A stretch of 63,447 nt of DNA, filler included, from Reticulomyxa filosa (GCA_000512085.1; 19 parts of 19 records of this genome joined end to end with filler, not necessarily neighbours in it); one strand, 5' to 3'. Positions 27,048-40,136 are shown, numbered from the whole stretch's first letter. Notes: a model not told the origin generated them from the letters alone. A program made the numbers and translations.

Positions 27048-28118
27048 GGAAATGGAACGCAAGGAAAGGGAAAAAGAAATGGCGAATAAAGCAATGGTCA
27101 AAGGTCTCGCGGATGATTCACACAAAGCGGAGAGTCCGTCGGCAGCCAAGACGACGACAACGACGACAGTGCCAGTATCGAATAGTAATAAACCGGGAGC
27201 GATAAATGAAGGTGGGAAGAAGGCTGGGATGGGCAAAGACAATGTGGCAAATATGGTGGCTTATCCATATTACGAATGTTGCTGGACAAGTATACCCAGT
27301 ACAAGAGCTTCATGAAGCAGATTCATGCTTGCGTGAATGCGAATGAAGCGCTGCAGGAACAGATCAATGCCAACTATGCCACCCATCTTCGTGGTGTAAT
27401 GACGAAGGGGGGATGTCATGCATGTTGTTCGATTGGTATCGAATTTATTTGACACTCATCGACATAATCAAGTTTATGTGGTCATCTTGTCCTATGTGAC
27501 TGCTCATATACTTATCACGGATAACAAAATTCAAACCAATGGCGCTGCCAAATGCTGGGCTGTTGCTTTCACTGCTTCATATTTATCAAAAATTAACGAC
27601 ACGTTCAAAAAAGTATTTTGGACGGTCTTGTGTTGTGACACATTGTGGTGCATCCCGTTCTATCCTTGAACCAACACAAACAACTTGAAAACGAAAATTT
27701 ATATCAAAAATTACATGCGAGAATGAGTGTGTTTGGCGCATTTGTTTCTTTATCTCCCAATGGAATGGAAGTTGCATGGACTTGGCTTGCTCATATCCTT
27801 CAGTTCCCTCAGATTTTGCATCCCTTGGTTTGTCATTGTGTCGAAGGATTTTTGACCAATGCTGGTTATCAACTGCTCCATACTTATCCTCGACAGTTTC
27901 CGAAACTCATTCGCTATTTGGAAGAACATGTCATAAAGAACTTAGACAAAACACGCTTATTGGTCAAAAAATTGGACATTTATATCCGAGATTTTCATTC
28001 AGAGGTTTCACAGCTATCTCCTCCCAGAGGATGTGACTTAGCATTGTCACGAAACACAAACAGAGATGAAATGGCAGAACTTTTGAGACAAGCTATGCAT
28101 GCCGAATCGGGCCATTAA
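27048..28118 (+). CDS. GLE1: mRNA export factor GLE1, C-terminal domain, with three 1-nt frameshifts
   Basis: WCIPFYP...RMSVFGAFV..GMEVAWTWLAHILQ...VEGFLTNAGYQLLHTYPRQFPKLIRYL fits the GLE1 domain. Frames join by single-base fixes at about 27275 (AA), 27407-27412 (G6) and 27666 (TT). Confidence 0.8.
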
Positions 28119-28394
28119 ACAATTCATGTATCAATCTTATGCAACCAAATATTATTCATGTCATAAATGTTTACTGTTTTTTCTTGTTTGTCGTGTAGTT
28201 CCTCAGACCACTGGTTTCTTTACTTGTGCACACACCGGATCTGATTTTTTGTATTTGTTTCTTACTGAAGTTTATTTATTTGAAAAACACAATTNNNNNN
28301 NNNNNNNNNNNNNNNNNNNNNNNNNNNNNNNNNNNNNNTTAATTAATTAANNNNNNNNNNNNNNNNNNNNNNNNNNNNNNNNNNNNNNNNNNNN

Positions 28395-28425
<31 letters not shown>

Positions 28426-28502
28426 TAAAATTTGTATGTGCGTCATTTTTTTTTTATAAAAAAAAAAAAAAAAAAAGTCGTGGAGAAAGTTTTGCAGATG
28501 TA

Positions 28503-30849
28503 GTGGCACGTATAAAAATTCTGAAAAATGCAAGTACAAATAAAGACAAGGAAGAGAAAGGGGAAAAGGAAAATAAAATAGATATCAAAGAACAATGGAC
28601 AGACAAATGGCTGGATGTGTACGCAGAGCAATTTATGAAAAACATATCAAGCATTTCACAAATACAAAATGAAATGTGGAATGACAATCTCGTAACCACA
28701 CCTGATCTTATTCTGCAGCAGTACAATGGTATGTTTCACAATGCTGATCTTGGAGGCTTGCACCAAGTTTTGGAGTGGATGGAGCCCTCTCATTTTATCA
28801 CCAAACTTATATACTTGTATCAGCTGCATGACTGGTTTGCATCTGACCCCGCCGTCGTTACTGCCGTGGCGACCTGCTCCAAAGAAATGCCGTTTGAATC
28901 GGGATGGCTGCATTGGTGCAACACTCTTCAGACACTTTTGTTAGCAGAAAAGCTGTTCATTTATTTGGTACAACTCATTGCCGAGCCCAAGTTCCGAGCC
29001 TGTCGTAACGTATACGTGAAAGGCTCCAAATCACAATCACAACAGTCTCAGACCCAAGTAGAGTCGGAAATGGAACAAACCAGGAATAAGCAGTGGCTGG
29101 AATATGAAATTGTGCAGTGGTTGGCATTAACCAAACTCACTTTTAGTGAAATGCGTGAGAAAGTTTCAGAATTGGGACATGTGGAAGATGTGGCATATCA
29201 ATGGGTCTTGAAACGCGTCGCCCATTTTGAAGAGCCCCAAGGCGTGCAAAAAGCCAGATACCGTTTGAGAGATGATCATTACGTGTTTGTTGACCCTTAC
29301 TTTCATAAGTATACCACAGAAGATCGCCAAAAAGTGTTTGGAGCCATCCAAGACTCTACGCGACGATTGGAGTGGCTCCATACCATTGACCTAAACAGTG
29401 GAAATCAAACATTGCCCCCGTTCGCAATGGCCGACAGCCATGCATACCGATACATACAGACTCTCTTTGCTGGGCACATCGTGGATGGGCGTCATGTGGA
29501 CCTGTATCTTGCACCATACCTTTGTCAATGACACCACCCGATGGACTCCAAATTTGTTCACTTATTGTTTGCGATTGATTGCCTTGGCTGTCGAAGTTAT
29601 CATAAAATATACATATATGTATATACATATATATATATGTATATTTATGTATTTACTTTTTTTTTAAAAAAAAAAATGTATATATGTATATGTATATAAA
29701 AGGCAATGTGGAGTAGGAAATTAAAGAAAGGAGAAAAGATATTCGATCAATGCATTCGCAATCTAACGACTCGCTTTCATTTCCGCTTGACTGATGCCTT
29801 TGACCATGAGCAGCACAAGGAAGTAATTAGAAGCAAACGTATCCAGCGCTTACAGGATACCTTGAGACGATTCGAGAGGGAGACAGATCTCGATGGACAC
29901 GTAGTAGACATTGAGGATATTAAACAACTCCTCGAAGATACCGTGAACAGTGCCAACAAGGATTTCGGTCAATCTGACCTAATCAGACAAAAGTATCCGG
30001 AGCTTGCCGAGTATCTGAAACAGTCGAACATGCATCGACCCAGTCTTTTGTTATGCCAAGAAAAGGAGTACTTTGAAAAAGAAAAAGATGTGATATTGGA
30101 AAAGTCGCGAAACCAATTGCGGAAACTGATCGAACAAGACCGTGTCTCCCGGCGCAATAAGATGGAGCCAGTTGCATCCATAGTCACTCCAAAAAATCAA
30201 CAATCCTCCTCCTCCTCCTCCTCCTCCTCCTCCTCTAATATCAATGTCAACACTGCTGTCAAGGATAAAAGCAGCAATCACGTGGACCTGCCCCGAGATG
30301 TTGGCACGGTGGTATGGTATTTGTGTCAGATTTTGTTGCGATTGCCCTCCGCCTCGAAGAATGCTGTGGACACTAAAGAAGAAGACGAAAAAAAAGAAGA
30401 AAGCGCAAGTCCAAAAGACTTGGACTCAAGAAGTAGTGAGACCGATATAATAATTAGAACGATATTATCGAGATGCTATGATCTGGATATTCCGCACTTG
30501 ACTGAGAGCATAACTCAATATTGGACCCCTCCTCAGCTGCTGCGAAAGCAAGACGAAATCAAACGCAAGACGGAGACGGAAATGAACGAAAAGAAACAGC
30601 GCGCGGAAAGAGCAAAAGTGAAAGCAATAAAGAAAATCAAACAACAAAAAAGGTTATTTGAACAAAGAAACAGCAACGCAATCATTGATGATGTCGAAAG
30701 GGAAGAACGCGAGCAGAAAGACTTGCTTTCCTCGTGTGGTGTTGGGGCCGATTATTCATGTATTATCTGTCGATTAAAAGAAAACCAACATCAAATGGCG
30801 TTAATTGCATTTGCTACTGTTTAGAAATATCCATTGTTCATTTATTACG

Positions 30850-30889
<40 letters not shown>

Positions 30890-31156
30890 CACGTTGGACT
30901 GTGGGATTAGAGATCGGATATGTTATACAAGTGCGTCGATAGTGTATGCACTGAGATTCCCAGGAAGAATATTTCTCCTCATTCTCTTTCTCTTCCGGCG
31001 CACAGACAGGGCGTGCAATGGACCTTTTGTGGACATACCGTGCATGTTTCGTGCTACGATGCTTATATTGTACAAATGCATGACCAATTTCATTTTCATT
31101 ATGGTCGTACCACATTACGATTGACGCATGACGAATTTGTATGTCCTTATTGCAAA
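28503..31156 (+). CDS. UBR1/2/3 (PRT6)-like N-recognin E3 ubiquitin ligase, internal fragment
   Basis: Winged-helix region EIVQWLAL..LTFSE....VLKRVAHFEEPQG..ARYRLR....VDPYFHKY; basic KKQRAERAK..IKQQKRLF; split RING CIICR...FCGHTVHVSCYDAY...EFVCPYCK. One frameshift at about 29466-29468. Confidence 0.88.
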
Positions 31157-31303
31157 GTTTTGTACCTTTTTTTTTTATACGTCATCGCAAAAAAAAAAAA
31201 AAANNNNNNNNNNNNNNNNNNNNNNNNNNNNNNNNNNNNNNNNNNNNTTAATTAATTAANNNNNNNNNNNNNNNNNNNNNNNNNNNNNNNNNNNNNNNNN
31301 NNN

Positions 31304-32303
31304 GACAAGTCTGCCTTGAATCGAGGAGGAGGAGGAGGAGGAGGAGGAGGAGGAGGGGGAAGTGATCGCAATGACTGGAGATATCGCCCACACGCCAATC
31401 CTAACACTAATCGCACTCACGGCAACAACAGTATTAACAATAACAACAATAATAATAATAACAATAATAATAACAATAATAATAATAATAATAACAAACA
31501 AACGACTGAAAACAATTCCAAAACAAAAAACAATCCGCGAATGCACGAGGATAGCAAAGACGATGTTGTCCCGACCAGGATGGTCCCCAAAGGCAATAAG
31601 CACGGACATGACTATGATTATGGCGGCTATGATGGTTATGACGATGACCATGGTCATGACTACGACGAATATGCGTATGACTATGACTATAATTATGAGT
31701 ACGATTACGACTACAACCACGACCACGGCAATGAGCACGATCATGACCACGACCATGATCATGATCATGACCACCACGACCACGATCATGATCAAGATCA
31801 TGATCACGAAACAGCGCCGGATATGATTGACGCGGAACCTTCTTCCAGTGGCGGTGCTATGCAAATAAGCCATAAAAAAAAAAAAAGTGACACAAACGAA
31901 AGTGACAAATCGAAAAAGTGGCGAAAAGGCGGAGGTGGAGACAGACGGAATGTGAAAGAGCATAGCACGGAAGTACACAGCAGTTCAGATAGTCTGGTGG
32001 TCAATGACAATGGTGGACATATTCGCTATCGCAAAGGGTCCAAAGAAGACAATGCGTCGTTGACGAGTGGGGAGAACAGTTGGAGGAACAATACGCGGAA
32101 CACTAAAGCCTATGGCGTCATTGTTAAGTGCATGCGAGACTTGGTCCCCGTGTCTCCTTCCGATTTGCAAGCGGCACCGCAACTCTACGAGGACTTGCTT
32201 CACCAAAAAATGGATATTTTGGAGAAAGAGCATAAAGCCAATGACAGTAACACGAAACAGCAATCAGAAGAAGGAGAAGCAAAAGAAAAGGTCAAATCCT
32301 CCG
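31304..32303 (+). CDS. Low-complexity protein fragment (poly-Gly, poly-Asn, Tyr-Asp and His-Asp repeats)
   Basis: Frame open across the entire 1-kb contig; both ends truncated. Confidence 0.6.
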
Positions 32304-32584
32304 NNNNNNNNNNNNNNNNNNNNNNNNNNNNNNNNNNNNNNNNNNNNTTAATTAATTAANNNNNNNNNNNNNNNNNNNNNNNNNNNNNNNNNNNNNNNNN
32401 NNNAAAAAGCACAACAAGAAATGATAACAATAACAATAATTAATAATGATAAATAATAATAAATATTATTACAGTAATACAAATATTATCTACTAATAAT
32501 ATTTATTATTATTTAAAATTATTAATTATCGTCATTGTCATCATTTCTTAACTACACATACCCTCTTCGCCCGCCTCTCTCTAT

Positions 32585-33315
32585 CTATCTATATAAAAGT
32601 TTAGTGACCTGTTGTATAACGCTCTTCCAATTCGTCTCGGTCTTGCCCGGCTTGTGCTGGATTAGGATGTTGGTGCTACTTCCTTTAAACTTGAGTGTAC
32701 GTATGGCGCTACGTATTCGCTTGGACGATGCTTGACGGAGGCGGGTGCGCCAGGTGCTTTGTGTTCCCAGCAATATCTCTTCAAATCTTCCAAAAACCTG
32801 TTTTTAAAAACGAAAACATTAAAAAAAAATTATCTTAAAAAAAAAACTTGGTAAAAAAAAAAAAAAAAAGGGGATAATAACAATAAATGCATACTTTTTT
32901 TTTATAATAAATAAATTAACTGCAAAGCAATATCGTGCTGTCTCGATGGAGACCGATCTGTGTTTGTGTGTGCAAATGTTGCGACTTGCCGTCTGGATTT
33001 TTTGTCTTCAACTCCGGTTTCGTGTTCATTTTCGTATCCTTCTTTGTCTGCTTCTGCTTCTGCTCCTTTTTTGCTTGCGTTTCTCTCATGCATACGCTGT
33101 CTTGTCATCGTTACTATTGTTTGTAACGCTTGCGCCGTGTTCAACTTGTCCAGGCCGTTGATTTGCCTCTCGTTCAACACTTGCAACAATATCGTACGGT
33201 CCAAGTCTGCTTCTCGCAATAAACGCTCGAAAACCAACTTCTCTTGGATCTCGTCATAACGTTGTTGCGTTGAAGAACTCCGCAAATTTCCAACAACTGG
33301 AGAAGAGGAAAACAT
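32585..33315 (-). CDS. Hypothetical protein, about 2 exons
   Basis: Two GC-richer minus-strand ORFs (33315-32902 and about 32797-32585) separated by an AT-rich intron-like stretch ending in CAG. No motif recognised. Confidence 0.45.
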
Positions 33316-33647
33316 ACTAGAAGTTTTTTTTTAAGAACAAAAGTTCCGCCTTGTCTGCAGAAGCTAGCCAGGCAAATTAGTAAAAAATACAAGCTTAACG
33401 AATTGGTACTGCAATTGTTTGTTCACAGTTTCAGTGCATGTGCATTATGGAAACCTCAGTTGAATTATTAACCTTAAACACATAAAGGGAAAAAAAAACA
33501 ATCCTCTTCCCCAGTTTTCAATATCAACAATGTACTGTCCTTTTTGTTCCACAACATAGGCTTCCAAAACTCCAACAACTGAACGTAAAAAAAACTTTGT
33601 AATATACATTTTTCTTTTTGATCATATTTCCAAATAAAAACACAAGA

Positions 33648-34855
33648 ATGCTGACAACTACGACAACCCCTCAAACAAGCACGACGCTTGCATATCCGCA
33701 AGAGATAAATCGTAGTGCAGATATCCGTCAATGGTGCGAGGCCTTTGAAAAGCACGAGTTAGTGGAGATATTGGTGGACATAAGTGCGGAAGATTTGCAA
33801 TTTCAAAGTAGTTTGGGTCACGCCTTTGTAACGGACTCGAAATGGTGCCGCATTCGTGCGACATACCAAAATAGCGAAGATAGCAGCATGAGCGGCATCG
33901 GTGGCAGCAACAGCAGCAGTGTCGGAAATAACAATAACACGAACAGTAACAATAGCAATAGCAATAATAGCCATCAATCAATTTCAAATAGCGCATTGAA
34001 CTTTCCAACGGAGCATGAATTGATGGAATACTTTAGTCGATTTGGGGAAATCCATGACATTGACATGACCAACTCGACATACTTGAAAAACCCAATTGCC
34101 TAATTACGTATAAAGACTACAACAGCGCACAAAGTGCGGTGAGCATGCGAGTGCACGAATTGAATGTCAATCGCAATATTTTGGAAAGCACCAATAAGCA
34201 TCAATCTTTGAAACTGTGCTGTTGCTATGCCTTTGAAAATCCGATTCACTTGCTCTCCTCGACAAAATCACAGGCGCAGTCTTCGACAGAACTCAATTTC
34301 AATAGCAACACTGGAAATGTTACTTTGCATAGTGGAGGCAATGGACTTGGTTCCACCTTTGGCACACACTCTTCTGTTACTGGTTCTTCCATCTCCTCCT
34401 CTTCCTCTTCCTCTTCCTCTTCTTCTTCCTCCTCTTCCTCCTCTTCCTTCTCGGGCTCTTCTGTGACCCCGTTCGCCAATGTACTCGCGTCTTCGGCATC
34501 GGGGGAACCCTTGGAAAAAAGACGCATCTTTGTGAGCAGTCTGTCGTATACCACCAACGATGAAACCTTGATCAATGTGTACTCGCAGTATGGCGAATTG
34601 GAAGACTGCGTCATCGTTCGAGACAAGGCCACAGGGAGAAGCAGAGGCTATGGTTTTATCGTTTTCAAAACTGTACAAGGCGCTAATAACGCCTTGGAAC
34701 ATCCTGAAAAAATCATTGATGGGCGAAGGACCAGAGCGTGGTTAGCGAGTGACGGAAATAAACAAAAACAATATCAACAACACCAGCAACACCAACAGCC
34801 CTTGTTCAATTTTAGCAGAGCACATTTTCAAGCCCAATTTAATGGCTTATTATAA
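33648..34855 (+). CDS. UBP1-associated protein 2 (UBA2)-like two-RRM RNA-binding protein, one frameshift
   Basis: N-terminal DIRQWCEAFEKHELVEILVD..VTDSKWCRI resembles the plant UBA2 pre-RRM segment. Canonical RRM RRIFVSSLSYTTNDETL..YSQYGELEDCVIVRDKATGRSRGYGFIVFK...ALEHPEKIIDGR. Frameshift at about 34098-34101. Confidence 0.8.
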
Positions 34856-36322
34856 ACACAATTACAAATTTTGTCCCATTTTTCTTTAAGTTTTTTTTAT
34901 CTCAACAAATCAACCGAAATTTTTACTCTTTCGTTGTAATTTATCCGATTCCACGTGCAATAAAAAAAAGGTATTTCACTTTTCGTCTGAGAATGCAATT
35001 CACAGCTTGCAGCACAAATGTAAACATAGTAAATTGAATACCGCAAAAAAACAAAAAGCACAGCAAAACTGAAATTAATATCATGTTAAAAACAATGTGA
35101 TGATTGAAATTCTTCAACGACCCTCACGCAGGGATTTTCAAATGGGAAGGGGAAAAGTTAAAAAGTTCACCAACATAAAAAGATTTTTTTAAAAGAAATT
35201 GTTAAAACCAGGTTTCCTTAAAAAAAAATTAATAAACAGCAAAAAAAAACCCAAGAAAAAAATGACATCACAAAAGCACGACCGAGTTCACAAAAAATGG
35301 TGTTGGACAACAATAAGCAATAACACACAAGACATTTTTGGGCAACTATTTGTTGAAGTCTTGGGGTTGTGCGGGTTGGGAAAGTCCAATGCCAACACAC
35401 GAACCAATAAATCCACATACCCAGCCATATAACTTATCCATTGAAAAAATTTTTTCACTCCTGTTGAATCTATTTTCCAAAATTTAAAGTTCAAAAAAAT
35501 GTTTGGTTGCAAAGTAATTTGTTTCTTTTTTGCCCTTTCCTTGTTCCTTTTGTAGCGCACATAAAGAAAACAAACAAGCGAAATTGAACCATTACCTCCA
35601 CATGCGCCGTCTTGACAACATGTTCCTAAAATTCCGAAAGAAAAAACATAACATTGTGATTGCTATCACCCATCCATGTTTGGCTCCGATGTGCATTTTA
35701 ACTTTGTAGTAGTTTTCGGTCCTAACCTGTTTTTTGGAAAACAAATAAAAAAAACAACATAACGTCTGACTAGTGCCCCACTGCTTTTTATTCTAAAAAA
35801 CAAACAAGCTACCAAAATATTTGTTTTGGGTTTTTTTATCGATTCGAACTTTGTAAGATAGTGCTTTTTGAATGTCACCGATCCCTTTTTCTGGTCTCAA
35901 AAGCCGGAAACTGAAGATAGTTAAAATTTTTAAAAATGACAAACATTGTACTTTCTCTTCATAAAACCTTAAAAACCGTGAAAAATCGTTTTTACGAATT
36001 TACGTTGGGTGGGTCCGGAAAGAGTCTTCCTTGTAATGACCCGTGAAACAAGAATTGTTCAAAACATTAAAAATATGTCAATACAAACAAAATAGGAAGA
36101 CCAACCCGTAAAAAGTGCACTGAAACAGTCACCGATCTCAAAAAATGATAAAAAAAAAGGGAAAAAAATTAAACAAAGAAACAAACAAAAAAAGGATAGG
36201 GGTAAAATAACACTGAAACGCAGTAAAAAGTAAAAGAAGGAAAAAAAACTCGCATAAAAAAAAAAAAAAAGAAAGTCAGCATGCCAAAAGATGGATGCGA
36301 GTTTTTTGTGTTTTCCCTGTGA

Positions 36323-38429
36323 TTACAAAGTAATTCCATCAAAGGATTGAAGGAAAGCAAACGAAGGTTGTTGTGCAAGTTGAAAGGGTGCTTCAACATC
36401 AGCGAGGGTAATCTTTGGTATATACGATTCTGTTTCCTCGTTTTTCCAATCGACTCCATCCAAAGAAAATGTCAACAAAGGGACATTGCCTTTGCGCTGG
36501 GTACCACTCTCTCGCAACGCTTTCAATGAAATCGGCTAAAAAAAAAAAACAAACCAGATCGAAAATCAATATATATATACATTATATAAATACATAACAG
36601 TTAAGATTTTGTCTTTATCAATTTTCAAAGGATTAGCGGCAACAGTGTTGTAATTGTGCAATAAAAGGTTGATTTGTACGACATTTAAGAGCTGACAAGA
36701 GCGCAAAATATCTTTGCTGTGTTTCGCATTTGCGCAGGTGAGGAGCAGCGTGGCGATTTCGGAGAGGATGGGGAAGGAGGGCGGGAACACGCCTGCGTCG
36801 TCGCGGCATTGCATCATGGACCAGGCGTGGAACATAGACACGACTACCTTTAGCCGAAACCCACTGGCAAACGCGCAGAAGTTGGGGTTCAGCAGCAGCA
36901 CATTCACGATGCGAATCACCAACAGGTCGATCAAGTGTCGAAGCATCGACAGTCGAAATCGATTAAATACCTTGATATCCGTCAGCAGTATAAATAGCGA
37001 GTCGAGGATCGCAAACGCCAAATCCATTGTCAAGCTGCCCGTTTCGCCATATTCTTTTTCACCTTTATTCATATATGCATATATACATATATACATATAT
37101 GTATATATGTAAAAAAAAAGCATCATACCAAAAATATCTTCCAATGGCAATTGCTCCATTTTTTTCATCATAGATTGCATGATGTTCAGATAACACTGAT
37201 CTGCCAGTGCTTTCAACTGTTTTAAAAACCACTTTAACAAATCGCTGTTTACTTTCGAAGCGCGTTGTCTGAGTATACGTATATATGTATATACGTATAT
37301 ATGTATATATATATATATATAGTTAAAAAAAAAAAAAAAAAAAACCTTGGACAGATTGTCGGAATTGGATAGCGATGACTCAAAGTACTTTTGCAACCAT
37401 CGACGGAGGACGACACAAACGATAAGCCAAAAGGCCTGCTCACGATTGTCCGACATGTTTTGATTCATTTCCAACTGGATCGAGTCTGTGATTTGTGTCA
37501 AGATGTCGGTGCTTGTGTGGATTTGATTGGCCTCGTAGCACGACTTGTCGCTGCCATTTCTCGTTGTCTTGGTCTTAGTCCTAGTCTTGGCCTTGGTATT
37601 TGTATTCGTTTCAGTTGCACTCGAGCGTCGCAGCTCTTCTTCTTCTTCTTCTTCTTCTTCGCGCTCATTGATTTTGCAATCCTGCTGTTCAAACACCTTC
37701 CAATGAATCAAGCAGCGCAACAGCAGAACTGCACTTTTGGGGACCCCTTGGGAAAAACGCTCCGTCGGGTGAACGCCACTCATGCTGTGGATCACTTCTA
37801 AATTCAAATTGTCAATGTCGGTCATTGTCGGCCAGATTTTGTCATTGTCGTTATGATTATCGTTGTTGTTATTGTTATTGTTATTGTTATTGTTATTGTT
37901 ATTGTTATTGTTATTGTTATTGTTATTGTTCTGCTATTGTGGTCATTTTCTTTTTCGTTCGCTGCGTCTTTGTCATTATATTTTTCGTCGTGCTTTTCCT
38001 ATCCATTTTTATTATTTGTGTTGGATTGACTTTTGAATTACATTGAATTGAAACTGTCCACGACACTGGTACATTGTATGTACATTGGTATATTAATGTA
38101 TTGGTATATTGCTATTAATGTGTTGGTATATTTGGAATAGTTGCACAGACCGACTGAAGCAAATCCTCTTCCATCAAAATCGTTGGGGATTTGTCGGCAA
38201 TGCCATTTGCTGATTGTTTGTGCGGCTTTTTGTTCTGTGTCGACGTGGAGCTGTCCTCTTCTCCGGCATAGTCCATTTTGCCATTTCTGGTCGCTTCGCT
38301 CCCTTTCTTTGTCCGCTGTTCGCTTTCTCCGTTTTCGTCCGTTTTCTTCCCGTTCTGCTTCGTTCCATTCGTCCGGTGTTCAAACGATTGTCTCGACTTG
38401 TTTTTAGCTTTACTCAAATACATATACAT
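36323..38429 (-). CDS. Dilute (DIL) domain / myosin V-XI-type globular tail, 5' truncated, multi-exon
   Basis: LLLRCLIHWKVFE, QAFWL, IVNVLLLNPNFCAFASGFRLK, CQLLNVVQINLLLHNY and terminal DVEAPFQLAQQPSFAFL parallel the myosin XI tail. Motor domain not in the contig. Confidence 0.8.
37862..37930. repeat. (TTGTTA)n microsatellite, poly-Asn on minus strand
   Basis: Tandem hexamer run directly visible. Confidence 0.9.
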
Positions 38430-38545
38430 ACATACATATATATATNNNNNNNNNNNNNNNNNNNNNNNNNNNNNNNNNNNNNNNNNNNNTTAATTAATTA
38501 ANNNNNNNNNNNNNNNNNNNNNNNNNNNNNNNNNNNNNNNNNNNN

Positions 38546-39696
38546 GGGCAATTGAAGCCCATCATGACAATTCCGTGTTCTTAGGAAATACCGCAATGGC
38601 TTTGTCCAAATTATCCGTTTATCCCACCGCTTCGCGACCTTTGGTAAAACAAGGCGCCATCGCAATTATTATCGATAGTGCCTGCCACAATACAGAGCGC
38701 AAAGGAGTCATTGCAAGATATTTACGAACATTGTCAAACTTTTTGTATACGGAAACAAAAGCAGGAGAAGAAATCACACGCACAAATGCCTAATCAAGTG
38801 ATGCAATATATCGTTGAAAAACACCCAGACTTTGAACCTTTAATGAAAGAATGGTCCGAATTTGAAAAAGCTGTCCGCTTGAAATCCAAAAAAATCGGCC
38901 AAGCCCCTATTCGAGACAGAATTGACAAAGCCAATCTACGACTTCTCACTGCTGGCACAGTGATGCGCAAACATGGCGATGGTTTATACTTCTGAAAAAC
39001 TTTTTTTTTTTTTTTTTTTTTTGATAAATCACGTATCACTTTTGTATCGTCCTTAATTGATGATCACACAATAATACACCTAGGTAAAGCTCGTAAGAAA
39101 TTAATTCGTGTGGATGAAAGTTGTGAACTGCTTCTATTTGAAGATACAACTGGAAAGAAAGGACCCAAGCAATTAAACATCAGAAATATTCAACAAATTC
39201 GAGGCGGAAATGCTCATCCAGCAATGCGTAATGTTCCAAATGGGTGTGGAATTCAGCTTGTTTCAATTGATCCAAATGGTCTCGAGTTTGTTGTCTGCTT
39301 GGAAACCAAGACTGGCATTGAATGTGACAAATGGCTCAGTGCCCTCCAAGAATTAGTGCATGCATGGTCAAATAATAAAGAAGAAAAAGAAAAAGAAAAA
39401 GAAGAAGATAAGAAAGAAGATAAAAATAAGAAACAAAACAAAATGAACAAAGCTATCGATGTTAAATATCACTTTTTTTTTTTTGCTTGATTATATTCAA
39501 TGATGATTGATTTACATAAAAAAAAAAAAAAAAAAAAAAATAGGAGAAAGAAGAAAAAAAGAAATGGATGAAATGGTGGAAAGCAAAAAATGAAAAAGAC
39601 AAGTCAGAAATTATTTCAAAATTTGAACATTTATCTAAAAGTGATTTTGGAATATGGCTATTACATCAAAGTAAATGGAAAAATGATTTAATATGA
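38546..39696 (+). CDS. Armadillo-like repeat + PH domain protein, 3' part
   Basis: ARM-like NTAMALSKLSV...LVKQGAIAII...YLRTLSNF; PH domain LLTAGTVMRKHGDG|KARKKLIRVD...LNIRNIQQIRGG...VCLETKTGIECDKWLSALQELV. Frameshift at about 38790; possible last exon 39544-39696. Confidence 0.7.
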
Positions 39697-40136
39697 AGAA
39701 CAATATCATTGAATCGGATGACGCTGTTAGGAAAGAATTTGAAAGTAACGAACACACATTTAAAATTGTNNNNNNNNNNNNNNNNNNNNNNNNNNNNNNN
39801 NNNNNNNNNNNNNTTAATTAATTAANNNNNNNNNNNNNNNNNNNNNNNNNNNNNNNNNNNNNNNNNNNNGGCAAACGCGATCATAATTTTTGTTGTTGGG
39901 TTCTGTTTTTGTTCACTACCGAAAGAAAAAACTTCGACGTCTAAATTTTATATACAGCCATGGGGATCAATTTTTATTTTCAATTTATTTGGTATTTGCA
40001 ATTTTTTGCTTGAAAGAAAGCAAATTTTTGAGAAAGCATGAAAATCAGCAAGATAAATAAATGGACTTTGAAATTATTTTTTCAAAAACTAGATTTTTGT
40101 ACTTTTTGATTATTTTCCTTAAAATAAGTCATTTTG

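Noticed and set aside
31256-31978. Long hydrophobic Ile/Val-rich antisense ORFs (also 18592-19041 and 47711-48160) and the YCYC ORF 37825-38046
   Set aside because: Shadows of poly-Asn/Asp/His microsatellites on the coding strand.
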